Below, one piece after another: positions 30,480-40,400 of a stretch of DNA of 64,000 nucleotides. The position numbers and the translations under genes are program-made. The DNA lies in contig DATJWJ010000263.1 of assembly GCA_035501355.1 (NCBI GenBank), positions 24,172 to 88,171 on the forward strand. The letters run 5' to 3'. The notes beneath the pieces were generated by a model. That model was given only the letters and a program-made list of their open reading frames with translations. It did not search any database and was not told where the DNA came from. The stretch comes from Bryobacteraceae bacterium. Lineage in GTDB: Bacteria; Acidobacteriota; Terriglobia; Bryobacterales; Bryobacteraceae. The first letter of the stretch is position 1. Every line of letters starts with the position of its first letter.

Positions 30480-31811
30480 ATGGGCCGCCTCAACAATCCT
30501 CAAATCGTTCTTGCGGCCGAGCCGCCTGTGCGCGTCGCGCCAATCGTGGCTCTCCAGGCGCCCGATGCCGGTCTCGGACAACGCGCCGGATTCGCGTTGC
30601 TATGCATTTTCACCATCTCCGGCTACGCAAACGAATTCGCCACGCGATTGTTTCACGTGAAGGCCTACATCTCCACCGTCTCCTGGGTCCTTCTGCCCGT
30701 GTTGCTGATCCTGAGCGGCAATGTGTTCCGCGCGTTTCGCGATCCGATCGGCCGGCTATGGGCGCTCTTCCTGGCCTGGATTTTGCTGGCCACGCCGTTC
30801 AGCGTGTGGCGGGGCGGATCGGTGACGCTGTTGCTCGATTACATCCCGCACGGCTGGATCCAACTGCATTACTTCGCTGCTTTCGCGATAACGGTGCGTC
30901 ATCTGCGGCGCCTGATGTTTTTCCTGATCGCTTCCGACGTTTTGCTTTTGATCGACTGCTTGTGGGGCGGCTCAATGCAGACTGGCCGTTTGGAAATTCC
31001 AGATAGCATGTTCTTCCGCAACGCCAACGACCTGAGCCTGCAGTTGCTCATCGCCGTGACCCAGTTTGTATATCTGCTGTACCAACCGGGACTGTGGAAG
31101 CGCGTGGCCGGTGGCGCTGGGATGGCCGCGGCGATGGTGTTCATGCTGGAAACCGGCGCGCGTGGCGCGTTCCTGGCGGCGCTGGTCCTGGGAGTGGCGG
31201 GCCTGGCGCTAACGCGGCATCGAATTCGAACCATTCTGTGGGCAGCGCCGGTCGCCGCGGCGGCTATGTTGATCGCACCCTCCGGCGTTTTCCATCGCGT
31301 CACGCTGATCGGGTCGCAATCCGATGCCGTCGCTTCGGATGCGCTGGATCAGGCTGCGCTGGGATCGCAAACCCAGCGGATCGCTCTGCTGCGTCAAAGT
31401 GCGAAATACGCGTTGCTGCATCCCTTGCTGGGCGTGGGGCCGGGGCAGTTTGCCGTAGCGGCGTCGAAAGAACTCACGCGGGAAGGGAAGCAGGCGCCCT
31501 GGCTTGGCACGCACAATTCCTATACCGAGATCGCCAGCGAGTGCGGCCTTCCCGCATTGCTGCTGTATTCGGCCGTGATCTTTCTGGTGCTGCGTTCGAA
31601 CCTGCGCATCTACCGGCAGGCAGATGGCCGCCGTGCGGCCGGTGGCGACGCGGGCGTGAGCGCTCTAGCGTTCTGCCTGTTTGCGAGCGCCTTGGCTTAT
31701 GCCGTGGACACGCTGTTTTTCCATGTCGCCTACAGCAGCTATCTTCCGGCCATCGCCGGCATGAGCATCGCCTTGCGGCTGGCGCTGGAGCGGAGGAACG
31801 AGACGGCATGA
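30480..31811 (+). CDS. O-antigen ligase / Wzy_C-family polytopic membrane protein
   Basis: 443 aa, multi-TM, with the Wzy_C loop LETGARGAFLAAL...HPLLGVGPGQF...GTHNSYTEIASECGLPALLLY. It starts 1 nt after the upstream stop. Confidence 0.8.
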   Translation: MGRLNNPQIVLAAEPPVRVAPIVALQAPDAGLGQRAGFALLCIFTISGYANEFATRLFHVKAYISTVSWVLLPVLLILSGNVFRAFRDPIGRLWALFLAWILLATPFSVWRGGSVTLLLDYIPHGWIQLHYFAAFAITVRHLRRLMFFLIASDVLLLIDCLWGGSMQTGRLEIPDSMFFRNANDLSLQLLIAVTQFVYLLYQPGLWKRVAGGAGMAAAMVFMLETGARGAFLAALVLGVAGLALTRHRIRTILWAAPVAAAAMLIAPSGVFHRVTLIGSQSDAVASDALDQAALGSQTQRIALLRQSAKYALLHPLLGVGPGQFAVAASKELTREGKQAPWLGTHNSYTEIASECGLPALLLYSAVIFLVLRSNLRIYRQADGRRAAGGDAGVSALAFCLFASALAYAVDTLFFHVAYSSYLPAIAGMSIALRLALERRNETA

Positions 31812-33208
31812 AACACGCGCTGGCGCTGGGAGCGATTCTGGCCGTGTTCGCGTTCTTTGCGCGCAGAGAAGTCTTCTCCTGGCCTTATTACTACGACGAA
31901 GCCGACTACATGTTCGCAGCCTCGCTGGGCTGGTCGAACTATACCGATCAACCTTCACAATCGCTTGCGGATTACATCCGGACCGGCCTGAGAGACGGTC
32001 GAGATCACGCGCGGCGCCCCATGCTCTCGGCCAACAGCCGCGCGGGCTCCGACGTAAACTTCTACCGGCACTGGCACGGCCCGCTGTATTTCTACTGGCT
32101 GGCGGCACTCGCTCCGCTGCATCTCAACGAACAAGCGACGCGCGGCTTCTCTTACGTTTTTCCGGTGCTCACCGCGCTGGTCATTTATTTCGGAAGCCTC
32201 TGGCTTTTTCCACGGGGCGGCTTGGCCGCGGTGCTCAGTTCAGCCTTTTATCTCTGGAGCTATGCGACTGTGTTTAGCAATGAGATCGCACCGCATCAGC
32301 TTTTCGTGCTGTTCACCGTGACCGCATTGCTGTTGCTGATGAAGTGGCGCGCAACAGGCGATCAGCGCTTCTGGTACGGCTCCGTGATCGCGGCGGCTTG
32401 CGCATTCTGCACGCTGGAAGTGGCCTTCGTGCTCCTGGCGGTGATGATCGCGTGCGGGCCTGGTCAGACTCGCAAATCGATATTTCTGTTCCTCGCGACC
32501 GTTCTGTTTCTCTGGCCCGCCGCCGTGCTCAAGCTCAGCTTTGCGAAGGCCTATCTGTTCATGGCGTATCTGGCTCTGATGCGCAAATCGGCCTGGGGCG
32601 ACGCCGGATTTGTGGAGACCTGGCAACACCGCTTCGTCGAATCGCCCGGGGAGTGGATCTTGTTCGGTGTCGCGGCCATTCTCTGTTTCCGATTCTGCGA
32701 TTCGGCCACGCGAAAGATGTTGATGCCGGTAGTGCTGTATGGCGTCTTGATGTTGCTTGTTCTCCTGCGGGTGAACACCGAAACGCCGCGCTATATGCTT
32801 CCGTTCTTGCCGGCGTTTCAAATCGCCGCCGGCTTCGTGTTGGCCGCTGTGTTGAAGAACTGGAAAGCCGCTCCGCTCCGATTCGCCGCGACCGCCGCAA
32901 TTCTTCTTTTGCTGTTCTGGAATACGTACACGCAGCTTCGGGCGCATCCCATCCTGCCGGCGCCCCGGCTTGCCGAAGTTCTGGCTCGAGTGCATCCTCT
33001 CGAAGGGCAGAGGTTGCTGGCGCCGCAAAACGATCTCCCGATGATTCATTACTATCTGCCGGGCGTAATGGTCAGCGGGTATGCCGACCAGCGCGAGCGG
33101 TCCGTGATGCTGGCGCAGGACAACTTCGACGCGGTTTTATATCCCGGCTACCCAATCAGTCTCCAGAGACAATCTTCGGCCTCTCGGCACTATCTTTCTC
33201 AACGATGA
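31808..33208 (+). CDS. GT-C-fold glycosyltransferase-like membrane protein (ArnT/PMT-like)
   Basis: Start at ATG 31808 (ATGA overlap). TM1 MKHALALGAILAVFAFFA is followed by the acidic loop WPYYYDEADYMF, about 11 TM helices and a C-terminal soluble tail. The longer ORF from 31094 is an out-of-frame overlap artefact. Confidence 0.65.
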   Translation: MKHALALGAILAVFAFFARREVFSWPYYYDEADYMFAASLGWSNYTDQPSQSLADYIRTGLRDGRDHARRPMLSANSRAGSDVNFYRHWHGPLYFYWLAALAPLHLNEQATRGFSYVFPVLTALVIYFGSLWLFPRGGLAAVLSSAFYLWSYATVFSNEIAPHQLFVLFTVTALLLLMKWRATGDQRFWYGSVIAAACAFCTLEVAFVLLAVMIACGPGQTRKSIFLFLATVLFLWPAAVLKLSFAKAYLFMAYLALMRKSAWGDAGFVETWQHRFVESPGEWILFGVAAILCFRFCDSATRKMLMPVVLYGVLMLLVLLRVNTETPRYMLPFLPAFQIAAGFVLAAVLKNWKAAPLRFAATAAILLLLFWNTYTQLRAHPILPAPRLAEVLARVHPLEGQRLLAPQNDLPMIHYYLPGVMVSGYADQRERSVMLAQDNFDAVLYPGYPISLQRQSSASRHYLSQR

Positions 33209-34791
33209 GAGAAAGCCCAGCGGGCACCGACCACGGGACGCCAGAGCGCAGCCGGCGCTTCGTTAATAACGTGCTGTGGAACTGGCTCGGGACGGCCGTC
33301 AGCCTGTTTATTGGGTTCGTCTTATCGCCATACCTGATTCTCAAGCTGGGCGCGGACGGCTACGGCGTGTGGGCCATCACGTTTTCGTTGGTCGAGTATT
33401 ACTGGTTCTTCGACCTGGGCTTCCGATCCGCGACCGTCAAGTTCGTCGCGCACTATTCCGCCATCGACGACGGCCAGAACGTCCGCGCGGTAATCAGTAC
33501 GGCATTAGTTTATTCGACTCTCGCGGGCGCGGTGGTCCTGGGCGTAGTGTTCGCGCTGGTGAGCTACGTCCAGCGATTTTTCCAAATCCCGGCGAACCTG
33601 CGCGGCAGTTTCCAAACGCTAATAATTCTGATCACGTTGAACTGGTGCCTCGGGCTGGTATTCAACGTGTTCAACGCCAGTCTCGAGGCCGTGCAGCGCT
33701 TTGAATACTCGACTAAAGCATCCATTGTGTCTGCCGCGGTGCGCGCCATCGGTTGGGCACTGGCGCTGTATCTGGGCTACAAGCTGGTCGCGATCGGCGT
33801 AATCGCAATCGTGAGCCAGGTGGCCGGCTACGCGGTGAACTGTTTCTATTTCCGACGGGTGTTTCCAAGCCCCCGGGTTTCGATTCGTCACGCGAGCTTC
33901 GGAACGTTGCGAGAGATGGCGCGATTCGGAATCCATACCTTCGTGATGACCATTTCGAACCAGCTGCTCAATCAAGGCGCGCCGCTGCTGATCGGACATT
34001 TCCGGCCCGCGGCTTTCGTCGGCTTTTACAACTTACCGGTGCGGCTGCTCCAGTACACCGTGGAGTTGGTGGGGCGAATCGGCATTGTGACTAACACCAA
34101 TGCAGCCGAGCTGGCCGCGCGTGAAGGCTCGGAAGGCCTGAGCGGCCTGGCGGTTTATACCAATCGCTATTGCCTGGTGATCTTCATGCCGCTTGCGATC
34201 CTGCTATGGACGCACGGGCCGCAATTACTCACCTTTTGGGTTGGCGCGCAGTTTGCAAGCTACAGCGCGAAGGTCCTGCCGATTCTGGTGGCCGGGTACG
34301 TCGTCGGCGTGGTGGGACAATTCAGCGCCGGGATGCTTTTGCAAGGCCTGGGAAAGCATCAACGCTATGCTCGAACTCTGCTGGTGGAAGCGCTGGCCGC
34401 GCTGCTTCTGCTGCTGATCGCGATTCCGCGTTGGGGCATTGTCGGAGCGGCTTGGGTTTCGGCGTCGCTCATGATTCTGAACCGCGGACTGATTGCCTCA
34501 CTGCTAGTCAGCAAGACCATCGGCCTGCCATTTGCGCAATACCTGCGCGGCGTATACGCGCCGCCGGCGCTGGCGATGCTGCCGGTGCTGGCGCTTTCCT
34601 TCTGGCTGCGGTCAACCATTCTGCCCGGGAACAACTGGATGCAGATTCTTGCGGTGGCGGCCATCGTCGGGCCCGCCTACTATTCATTGGCGTTTTTCGT
34701 GGCTCTGGAACGCGGGCATCGAAGTTTGCTCGCTAGCTGGATCGGGAGCCGATGGCATCCGGTTCTGGCCGATGGAGTGGCGCATGGTTAG
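33205..34791 (+). CDS. Wzx-like polysaccharide/oligosaccharide flippase (MOP superfamily)
   Basis: Start at ATG 33205 (ATGA overlap). Sequence is NNVLWNWLGTAVSLFIGFVLSPYLILKLGADGYGVWAITFSLVEYY, with about 12-14 TM. Confidence 0.8.
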   Translation: MRESPAGTDHGTPERSRRFVNNVLWNWLGTAVSLFIGFVLSPYLILKLGADGYGVWAITFSLVEYYWFFDLGFRSATVKFVAHYSAIDDGQNVRAVISTALVYSTLAGAVVLGVVFALVSYVQRFFQIPANLRGSFQTLIILITLNWCLGLVFNVFNASLEAVQRFEYSTKASIVSAAVRAIGWALALYLGYKLVAIGVIAIVSQVAGYAVNCFYFRRVFPSPRVSIRHASFGTLREMARFGIHTFVMTISNQLLNQGAPLLIGHFRPAAFVGFYNLPVRLLQYTVELVGRIGIVTNTNAAELAAREGSEGLSGLAVYTNRYCLVIFMPLAILLWTHGPQLLTFWVGAQFASYSAKVLPILVAGYVVGVVGQFSAGMLLQGLGKHQRYARTLLVEALAALLLLLIAIPRWGIVGAAWVSASLMILNRGLIASLLVSKTIGLPFAQYLRGVYAPPALAMLPVLALSFWLRSTILPGNNWMQILAVAAIVGPAYYSLAFFVALERGHRSLLASWIGSRWHPVLADGVAHG

Positions 34792-35824
34792 CGAATTTCC
34801 GCGTCTGTGTGTTATCGTCCCTTGTTACAACGAAGAGGAGATGCTCGGAGAGTTCTTCGCCGCCGTGACGCCGGTTCTAGAAGACGCGACCGATGGAGAA
34901 TGGGCCATCCTGTGCGTCGACGACGGCAGCGGCGACCGCACCTCCGCCGTGATCGAGCAATGGCACCGGCGCGACGGGCGCATCTCGGGTGTTCGGCTCA
35001 GCCGCAACTTCGGCCATCAAGCGGCGCTTTCGACCGGCCTGGCTTACGCGCGCGGCGAGTACGTCGGCATCATGGATTGCGACTTGCAGGATCCGGCCGA
35101 GGTTCTGGTGGAGCTGTACCGCGCCTGTTTGCGCGATGAACTGGATGTCAGCTACGGCGTGCGGGGTCGACGCGATGCACCCTGGCTGCTGCGTGCGGGC
35201 TACTCGGCGTTCTATCGCATTATCCAGCGCGCCGCCGATCACGAATGGCCGCGCGATGCGGGCGACTTCTGCGTCATGAGCGCGCGCTGCCAACAAGCGC
35301 TGCTGGCGCTGCCTGAACAATCGCGCATGTTGCGAGGCTTGCGCTCCTGGGTGGGTTTCCGGCAAGCCGGGATCGTGTACGATCGTCCGGCGCGCCTGCG
35401 CGGATCGACCAAATATAATTTGCGAAAACTCACCGCGTTGGCACTGGAAGGCCTGATCTCCTTCAGCAGCATTCCACTGCGTCTGGCGAGCCTGATGGGA
35501 ATCGCGATGGGGCTGTTCTCGGTTGTATTCGGAGTGCTGGTGCTGGTGAACCGGCTGTTCCCGCGCTTCACCGTGCTCGGATATTGGGTGGGCGCGAATC
35601 CAGGCACCGCGACGCTGCTGGTGTTTCTGGCGTTCACTTTGAGCGTGCTGTTCGTTTGTCTGGGGATCATCGGTGAGTACCTGGTTCTTTTGCTGCACGA
35701 GATCAAGCGCAGGCCGGCCGCCATCGTTCAGTCCGTGATCGGCGACGCGCGGCCTTATGACGCTGCGTACGCGGTGCTGGACTCGAGCGCTCATCCGTCG
35801 CTCTGGACCGTAACCGCGCGCTAG
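34784..35824 (+). CDS. GT2 polyprenyl-phosphate glycosyltransferase (GtrB/ArnC/Ppm1-like)
   Basis: CVIVPCYNEEEML, CVDDGSGDRT, RNFGHQAALSTGL and DCDLQDP, plus two C-terminal TM helices. Start is ATG 34784 or 34772. Confidence 0.85.
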   Translation: MVSEFPRLCVIVPCYNEEEMLGEFFAAVTPVLEDATDGEWAILCVDDGSGDRTSAVIEQWHRRDGRISGVRLSRNFGHQAALSTGLAYARGEYVGIMDCDLQDPAEVLVELYRACLRDELDVSYGVRGRRDAPWLLRAGYSAFYRIIQRAADHEWPRDAGDFCVMSARCQQALLALPEQSRMLRGLRSWVGFRQAGIVYDRPARLRGSTKYNLRKLTALALEGLISFSSIPLRLASLMGIAMGLFSVVFGVLVLVNRLFPRFTVLGYWVGANPGTATLLVFLAFTLSVLFVCLGIIGEYLVLLLHEIKRRPAAIVQSVIGDARPYDAAYAVLDSSAHPSLWTVTAR

Positions 35825-37389
35825 CGGCGCCGGTAGAGTTTCCACCAATCCGATTCGGCGCACAAAGTGAACTTACTCTGGATGGCCGGCAGATAATTGC
35901 GGAATAGTGCCGCAGCGTCGGGCTCCGAGGATGCGGGATGCTTCGGCACCATCACAATGTCGGCGGATCCGAACAACCATTTGGGCGAAGGCTTGTGCTG
36001 GTCGTTGAAAGTGTGATTGAAGGCCAGCGCCGGTGTGCCTCCCTCGGGCGGGCGGCGCAGCAGGGCGTAGGGAAACGGGTTCACCATGTCGAGAGTAAAG
36101 ACCGTTTGGTCTGGTTTGGAAACGCGCTGGATCAGATCCACACCGTCGTTGACGTAATCGACGTAGGCGCGGCCGTTGCTGCGTTGGTCGGCGTCGGTTC
36201 CGTCGGGTGTGTCGTAGAGAATCAGGTTCCTTAGAGGCGTGGCGTGAAATCGCGCGACCGGAGGGTTTCTGTGGGAGTCGACCAAGGCGTACGCGAGGCC
36301 GCTGGCGTCCCCGATGGCGATCGGTGCGTAGCAGATCAGGCCTAGCAGGATGAGAACGGTTTCTGGTTTGGGAAAACGCGGCGCGTTCCATGAAACGCGT
36401 GCGATTGCGGCGCGGCCTTGTTCGACTAGCAGCAGCGCCAATAGCGCATTCAGCGGATAGCCACTCGGTTGGGCATTGGTGGCCAGCAGAAGAGCGCCGC
36501 CGATCCACACCAGCGCTGTCACTAGCAGCGGCCGCAGTCTTAAGGTGAGGCTCGAGGCCAACACGGCCAGCAGGGCCAGCGGAAGAAAATCGCCCAGGCC
36601 CTTGAAGAGCGACCAGCGAACGTTCCATAGCGACAGGCTCGAACTCCGTGCAGCACTCATCAAACGCAAATCGCTCCCAAAGGCAGCAAAATCGAACCGC
36701 AAATACGCCATCATCGCCAGGCCGGCTGCCGACAGGCCGATCGCAATTCCGAGGATGCGGCGCAACCCGCGTTGTTCGATCACCACCGAACAAGCTGCGA
36801 ATCCCAACGCAACCAGGCAATAGCTGGGCTTGAGGAACAACAACGCGACGGAGACAACACCAGTCGAGACTCCGCCTATCAGAGTGCTCTGACCCGGCTG
36901 AAAGCATTCCAAGACGACGAGGCCTAGCAGCGCGTAGCCATAGCGGTTGTAAAGCATGGCGTGGCTCAACACATTTGGTGGCCAGCCGATGGGGAACGGC
37001 GCCGTCGCGATGAGGGCCACGACGATTCCGGCCAGCGTCGCCGGAATCGCCGCCATACGCCGCCGGCTGATGGCGTAAGCCCAGCAACCTGCGATTCCGC
37101 CGACCAGCGCGCTCATGTAGCCGATTCCGTTCGGAGAATTGTGAGCGAGCTTCAACCCAGCCGCTGACAGCAGCGACAAGAGCGGACCCATGCTGGGATT
37201 GAAATTGATCTCCGGACGTTGGCCGTTTAAAACGCGCCAGCCTGCGTCGAGAAAAATGAAGATATCGTGCCCGAAGATGCGCGTGTGGACCGCGCCGATG
37301 GCCGCGGTTACAGCACTAATTAGAAGAATCAGCAGCACCGCGCAGAGATCGGCGAGCCTAGTGGAGGGTTTCGACCAGATCGCGGTCAC
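35821..37389 (-). CDS. Polytopic membrane protein with C-terminal soluble domain (GT-C/DUF2029-like, putative)
   Basis: 522 aa with a GTG start, about 10 TM helices, an early loop FGHDIFIFLDAGWRVLNGQRP and a roughly 170-aa hydrophilic C-terminus. It is the third gene of the minus-strand operon. Confidence 0.5.
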   Translation of the reverse strand: MTAIWSKPSTRLADLCAVLLILLISAVTAAIGAVHTRIFGHDIFIFLDAGWRVLNGQRPEINFNPSMGPLLSLLSAAGLKLAHNSPNGIGYMSALVGGIAGCWAYAISRRRMAAIPATLAGIVVALIATAPFPIGWPPNVLSHAMLYNRYGYALLGLVVLECFQPGQSTLIGGVSTGVVSVALLFLKPSYCLVALGFAACSVVIEQRGLRRILGIAIGLSAAGLAMMAYLRFDFAAFGSDLRLMSAARSSSLSLWNVRWSLFKGLGDFLPLALLAVLASSLTLRLRPLLVTALVWIGGALLLATNAQPSGYPLNALLALLLVEQGRAAIARVSWNAPRFPKPETVLILLGLICYAPIAIGDASGLAYALVDSHRNPPVARFHATPLRNLILYDTPDGTDADQRSNGRAYVDYVNDGVDLIQRVSKPDQTVFTLDMVNPFPYALLRRPPEGGTPALAFNHTFNDQHKPSPKWLFGSADIVMVPKHPASSEPDAAALFRNYLPAIQSKFTLCAESDWWKLYRRR

Positions 37390-37422
37390 TCGGTCCAGCC
37401 AGCGCGCGATCGTAAGCCGCTC

Positions 37423-40400
37423 CTACTTTTCGACCGCCACCATGACGGGCGACGTGGTGATCTGGCCGCCGTTGTTGCGCTGGATGATGTAATAGGCGAC
37501 GCGTCCGGGAATGAGATTCATTCGAATCCGGCAACCGGCGCTGCAATCGGCGTATTTCACCGGTTCGCTGGCCCATCCAAACGGGCCCGCGACCGCGCCG
37601 CCCGGAGAACCGCTGCCGAAAAAGATTCCACTGAGCACCGCGTTGACGCCGGAAACATCGGTGATCTTCAGCGTGACATGCCCGCTGAGATTCCAGACCA
37701 AATAGATGCCGCCGGAAAAATTCGTGATGGATCGCGTATCCAGCACAGCGCCGGTCGCGCCGTCCAAAATCTGCGCGGTCTCCGATCGATTTCCTGAATC
37801 CCAATCCACAAAGTAGAACGCGACCTTGTGTGTGGCGCCATCGGTGAAATTGAGGTCTACCGTAAACGAAGTGGAACTATAGACGCTGGCCGCGACTCTT
37901 CCGGGACTGCTGACTCTTTGCAAGCCTCGAACGTCGGAGGTTTGCGTGGCCCAAGTGTACGGCGCTCCGCCGACGGCCACGGTCACGTAGCTGGGGTACA
38001 GGGTGGAATCCTGAATGACATTATATCCGTCGGAGCCGTACAAGGTTTCCCAATTACCTTGTGTCGCGGTGTCGATGTTGACGTAGCCGGCGCTGTTGCC
38101 GGGGTTTTGAGGCGGTGTGGTAGCCGTGAGGGGAACAGCGCCGATCGAGCAGCCTTGCTCCTGGCGCGGTGTCGGGTACAGGCTCGCCGGCGATCCATCC
38201 ACCGGGCCGTTTTCGGCGTAGCCCCAGCAAATTCGCACCTGATCGCCGGGCGAGCCGGACAGCGTGACGTCGTGCGCCGCATAGCCGGTTCTCACTTGCG
38301 AATCTTGCGCCGGAAACGGCGGCATCGAGACTGCGCACACTTCCGAGCGCACGCCGTTCAGCCACCAGCAGGGCACGAACATCCAGGCACCGTCGGGAGT
38401 CATCTTGGGCGCGGAGAATTGATATTGCCCGCCGATCCCGGTGAAGGCGGTGGACAGCATCCGCTGGCGCAGTCCGCCGCGGTCGAACTTTCCAGAAACA
38501 TCGATCTGTTGAATCTTGCCCGCGACCGGCGAGGCGTTGAAGAAGCAAGGCGCCACTTCTTCGTACTGATTGGTCAAACACTGGTTCTCGCCCGCGGCAA
38601 AGGGAACGCTGACATAACGGTCGCCGGCGCTGGAATCCGTCCGGCATTCACCCGCTTGAATCGCGAAGCATGCGGCGAAAGTGGTGGCATCGGTGATGGT
38701 GTTGGTGGCGGTGTTGGGACTGCTGACATCTTTCAGCAGAAACCGCCCGGCGAAAAGCACGAACGGCAGCTGCTTGGGATCGGGAGGGCCGCCCGAATAC
38801 GGATCCGTGATCTTGTAGACCTGGGCTGTGCCCGCGACAGCGGTCAAGACGCCAGCCACGCCCGGACTCGACCGGTATTCCGGCCCATTGCCCGACGGCG
38901 GATTCAGATGCCGGTAATTCACCACCCAGCGCCGATCCCAGGGCGACGCGGCGAGTTGGTCATTGTTCATGTATTGCTGGATCAAGCCCGCGTAGCCCGC
39001 GCCCGACGCAGCCCAAGCGGGACCGACCGCCGCAATATCCGGCAGCGGCTGCATGATCTGCTGCGCAATGGGCAGGTCATAGAAGCCCGCGTACTTGGTT
39101 TGATCTTGCAGATCCACCGCGACCGCGATCTTGTTGTTCGGATTCGATCCGGGAACTTGAACGCCGTGCACCAGCACCAGCGCGGGGTTGTCCGGGAGCC
39201 ACGTTGCCGACGGGTCGGTCGCGTTCATCATCCAGTTCGCCGCGGCGAGAATCCAGTTGGCGGTCATGGCGAGCGACAGGCCGTCCGAATGCACCGCGTT
39301 GATGGTGGCGTAAGCGGGTTGCGCGTTGTTGGGCCACACACCGCCGCCGCGCACCAGCCAGAGATTGATCTGCGACGCCGAGATCACATCTTTCTTGGCG
39401 ATGATGAACACTTCGTCGTAGTCGTTATAGTTTTCGTTCGGCCGCACCCAGTCGCCCACGGCCAGGTTTTGCAATTTCGACCAGGCGGCGTTTGTCACCG
39501 TGGTTCCGTCAGTGCTGGTGCAGGGAAATTGTTGAGCTTCGGTCTTGCCGCCGGGATAAATAGCTTGCGTGCCGGGCGTGTGGCTGCAGGGTTCCGACGA
39601 CACCTGAACCTGAATGCAGTGATTGCCGGCCGCGCCCAGGTTGACCAAGTACGCGGCAAGGCCGGTGGGGCACGCATAGGCTTCGTTGGCGGCCATGGAA
39701 GTGCCTGCGCCTGTGCCCGTGAAGGTCCAACTCGCGGTTTGTCCGAAGCCGGCGCGATTCACCGCCGTCACCGCCATTTCAAAAGGACCGTACAGAGCGT
39801 TGCTCGCGCTGGCGGCGTTGGGATACGGATGATCGAGCGTGAGGGCATGATACGTGCCGATGCCGTGAATGGGACCGTGCACGTAGCCCCAGCGGCCGGG
39901 ATATTTGGAGAAGCTGTCGAAGACCTGAACCAAGTTTCCGCTAGTCGCGTCGAAGGCGCCGCAGACTCTTAGGTTCCGATCGCCGCCGCCCGTTGCGCCC
40001 AGGCAGCTCAACGCGTATCCGCTGGTCACCGTGACCTCGCCGACCGCAAAGCCGGACAGATCGAAGCCCGGGTTGTAGCTTGCATACGCGCTGACAATCT
40101 GTGAGCGCAGGTCCATGGGCGGGTTCCCGGACGGATTGGTGAGATTCGTGTAAGTGAAGCAGGTCGCGACAGGGTAGGAATAGGCGGCGACATATTGCTG
40201 AGCGCCGGACCAGTTCGTATACGCGGGACTGCATCCGGGCTGAGTGGGATCGTATTGCGCCGAGACCAGCAGCGCGGTTGTGCCGGAATTGTAAGCAGCG
40301 CTCGCCATGAACTTGCTGCCGTCGGTGGGATGCCATCCAGCGAAGGCAATGTTCGCCCCGTTTGGAAAACTAGCGCCGTTGGATGTCCAGGACTGGTTGG

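Noticed and set aside
31094-31807. Long N-terminal extensions of ORFs 31094..33208, 32344..34791 and 34532..35824
   Set aside because: The extensions overlap the preceding genes out of frame and translate to Arg/Gly/Pro-rich sequence. Internal ATGs at 31808, 33205 and 34784 give ATGA-type coupling and sensible N-termini (TM1 or the GT2 motif).
35873-37087. 404-aa minus-strand ORF in another frame of the 522-aa membrane protein gene
   Set aside because: The translation is Arg/Pro/Gly-rich nonsense, whereas the 35821-37389 frame gives clean TM helices.
37828-39972. 714-aa plus-strand ORF antisense to the giant gene
   Set aside because: The translation is Arg/Gly/Ala/His-rich with no motifs, and it lies entirely within the well-formed 1517-aa minus-strand ORF. 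This is a GC-driven absence of stops.
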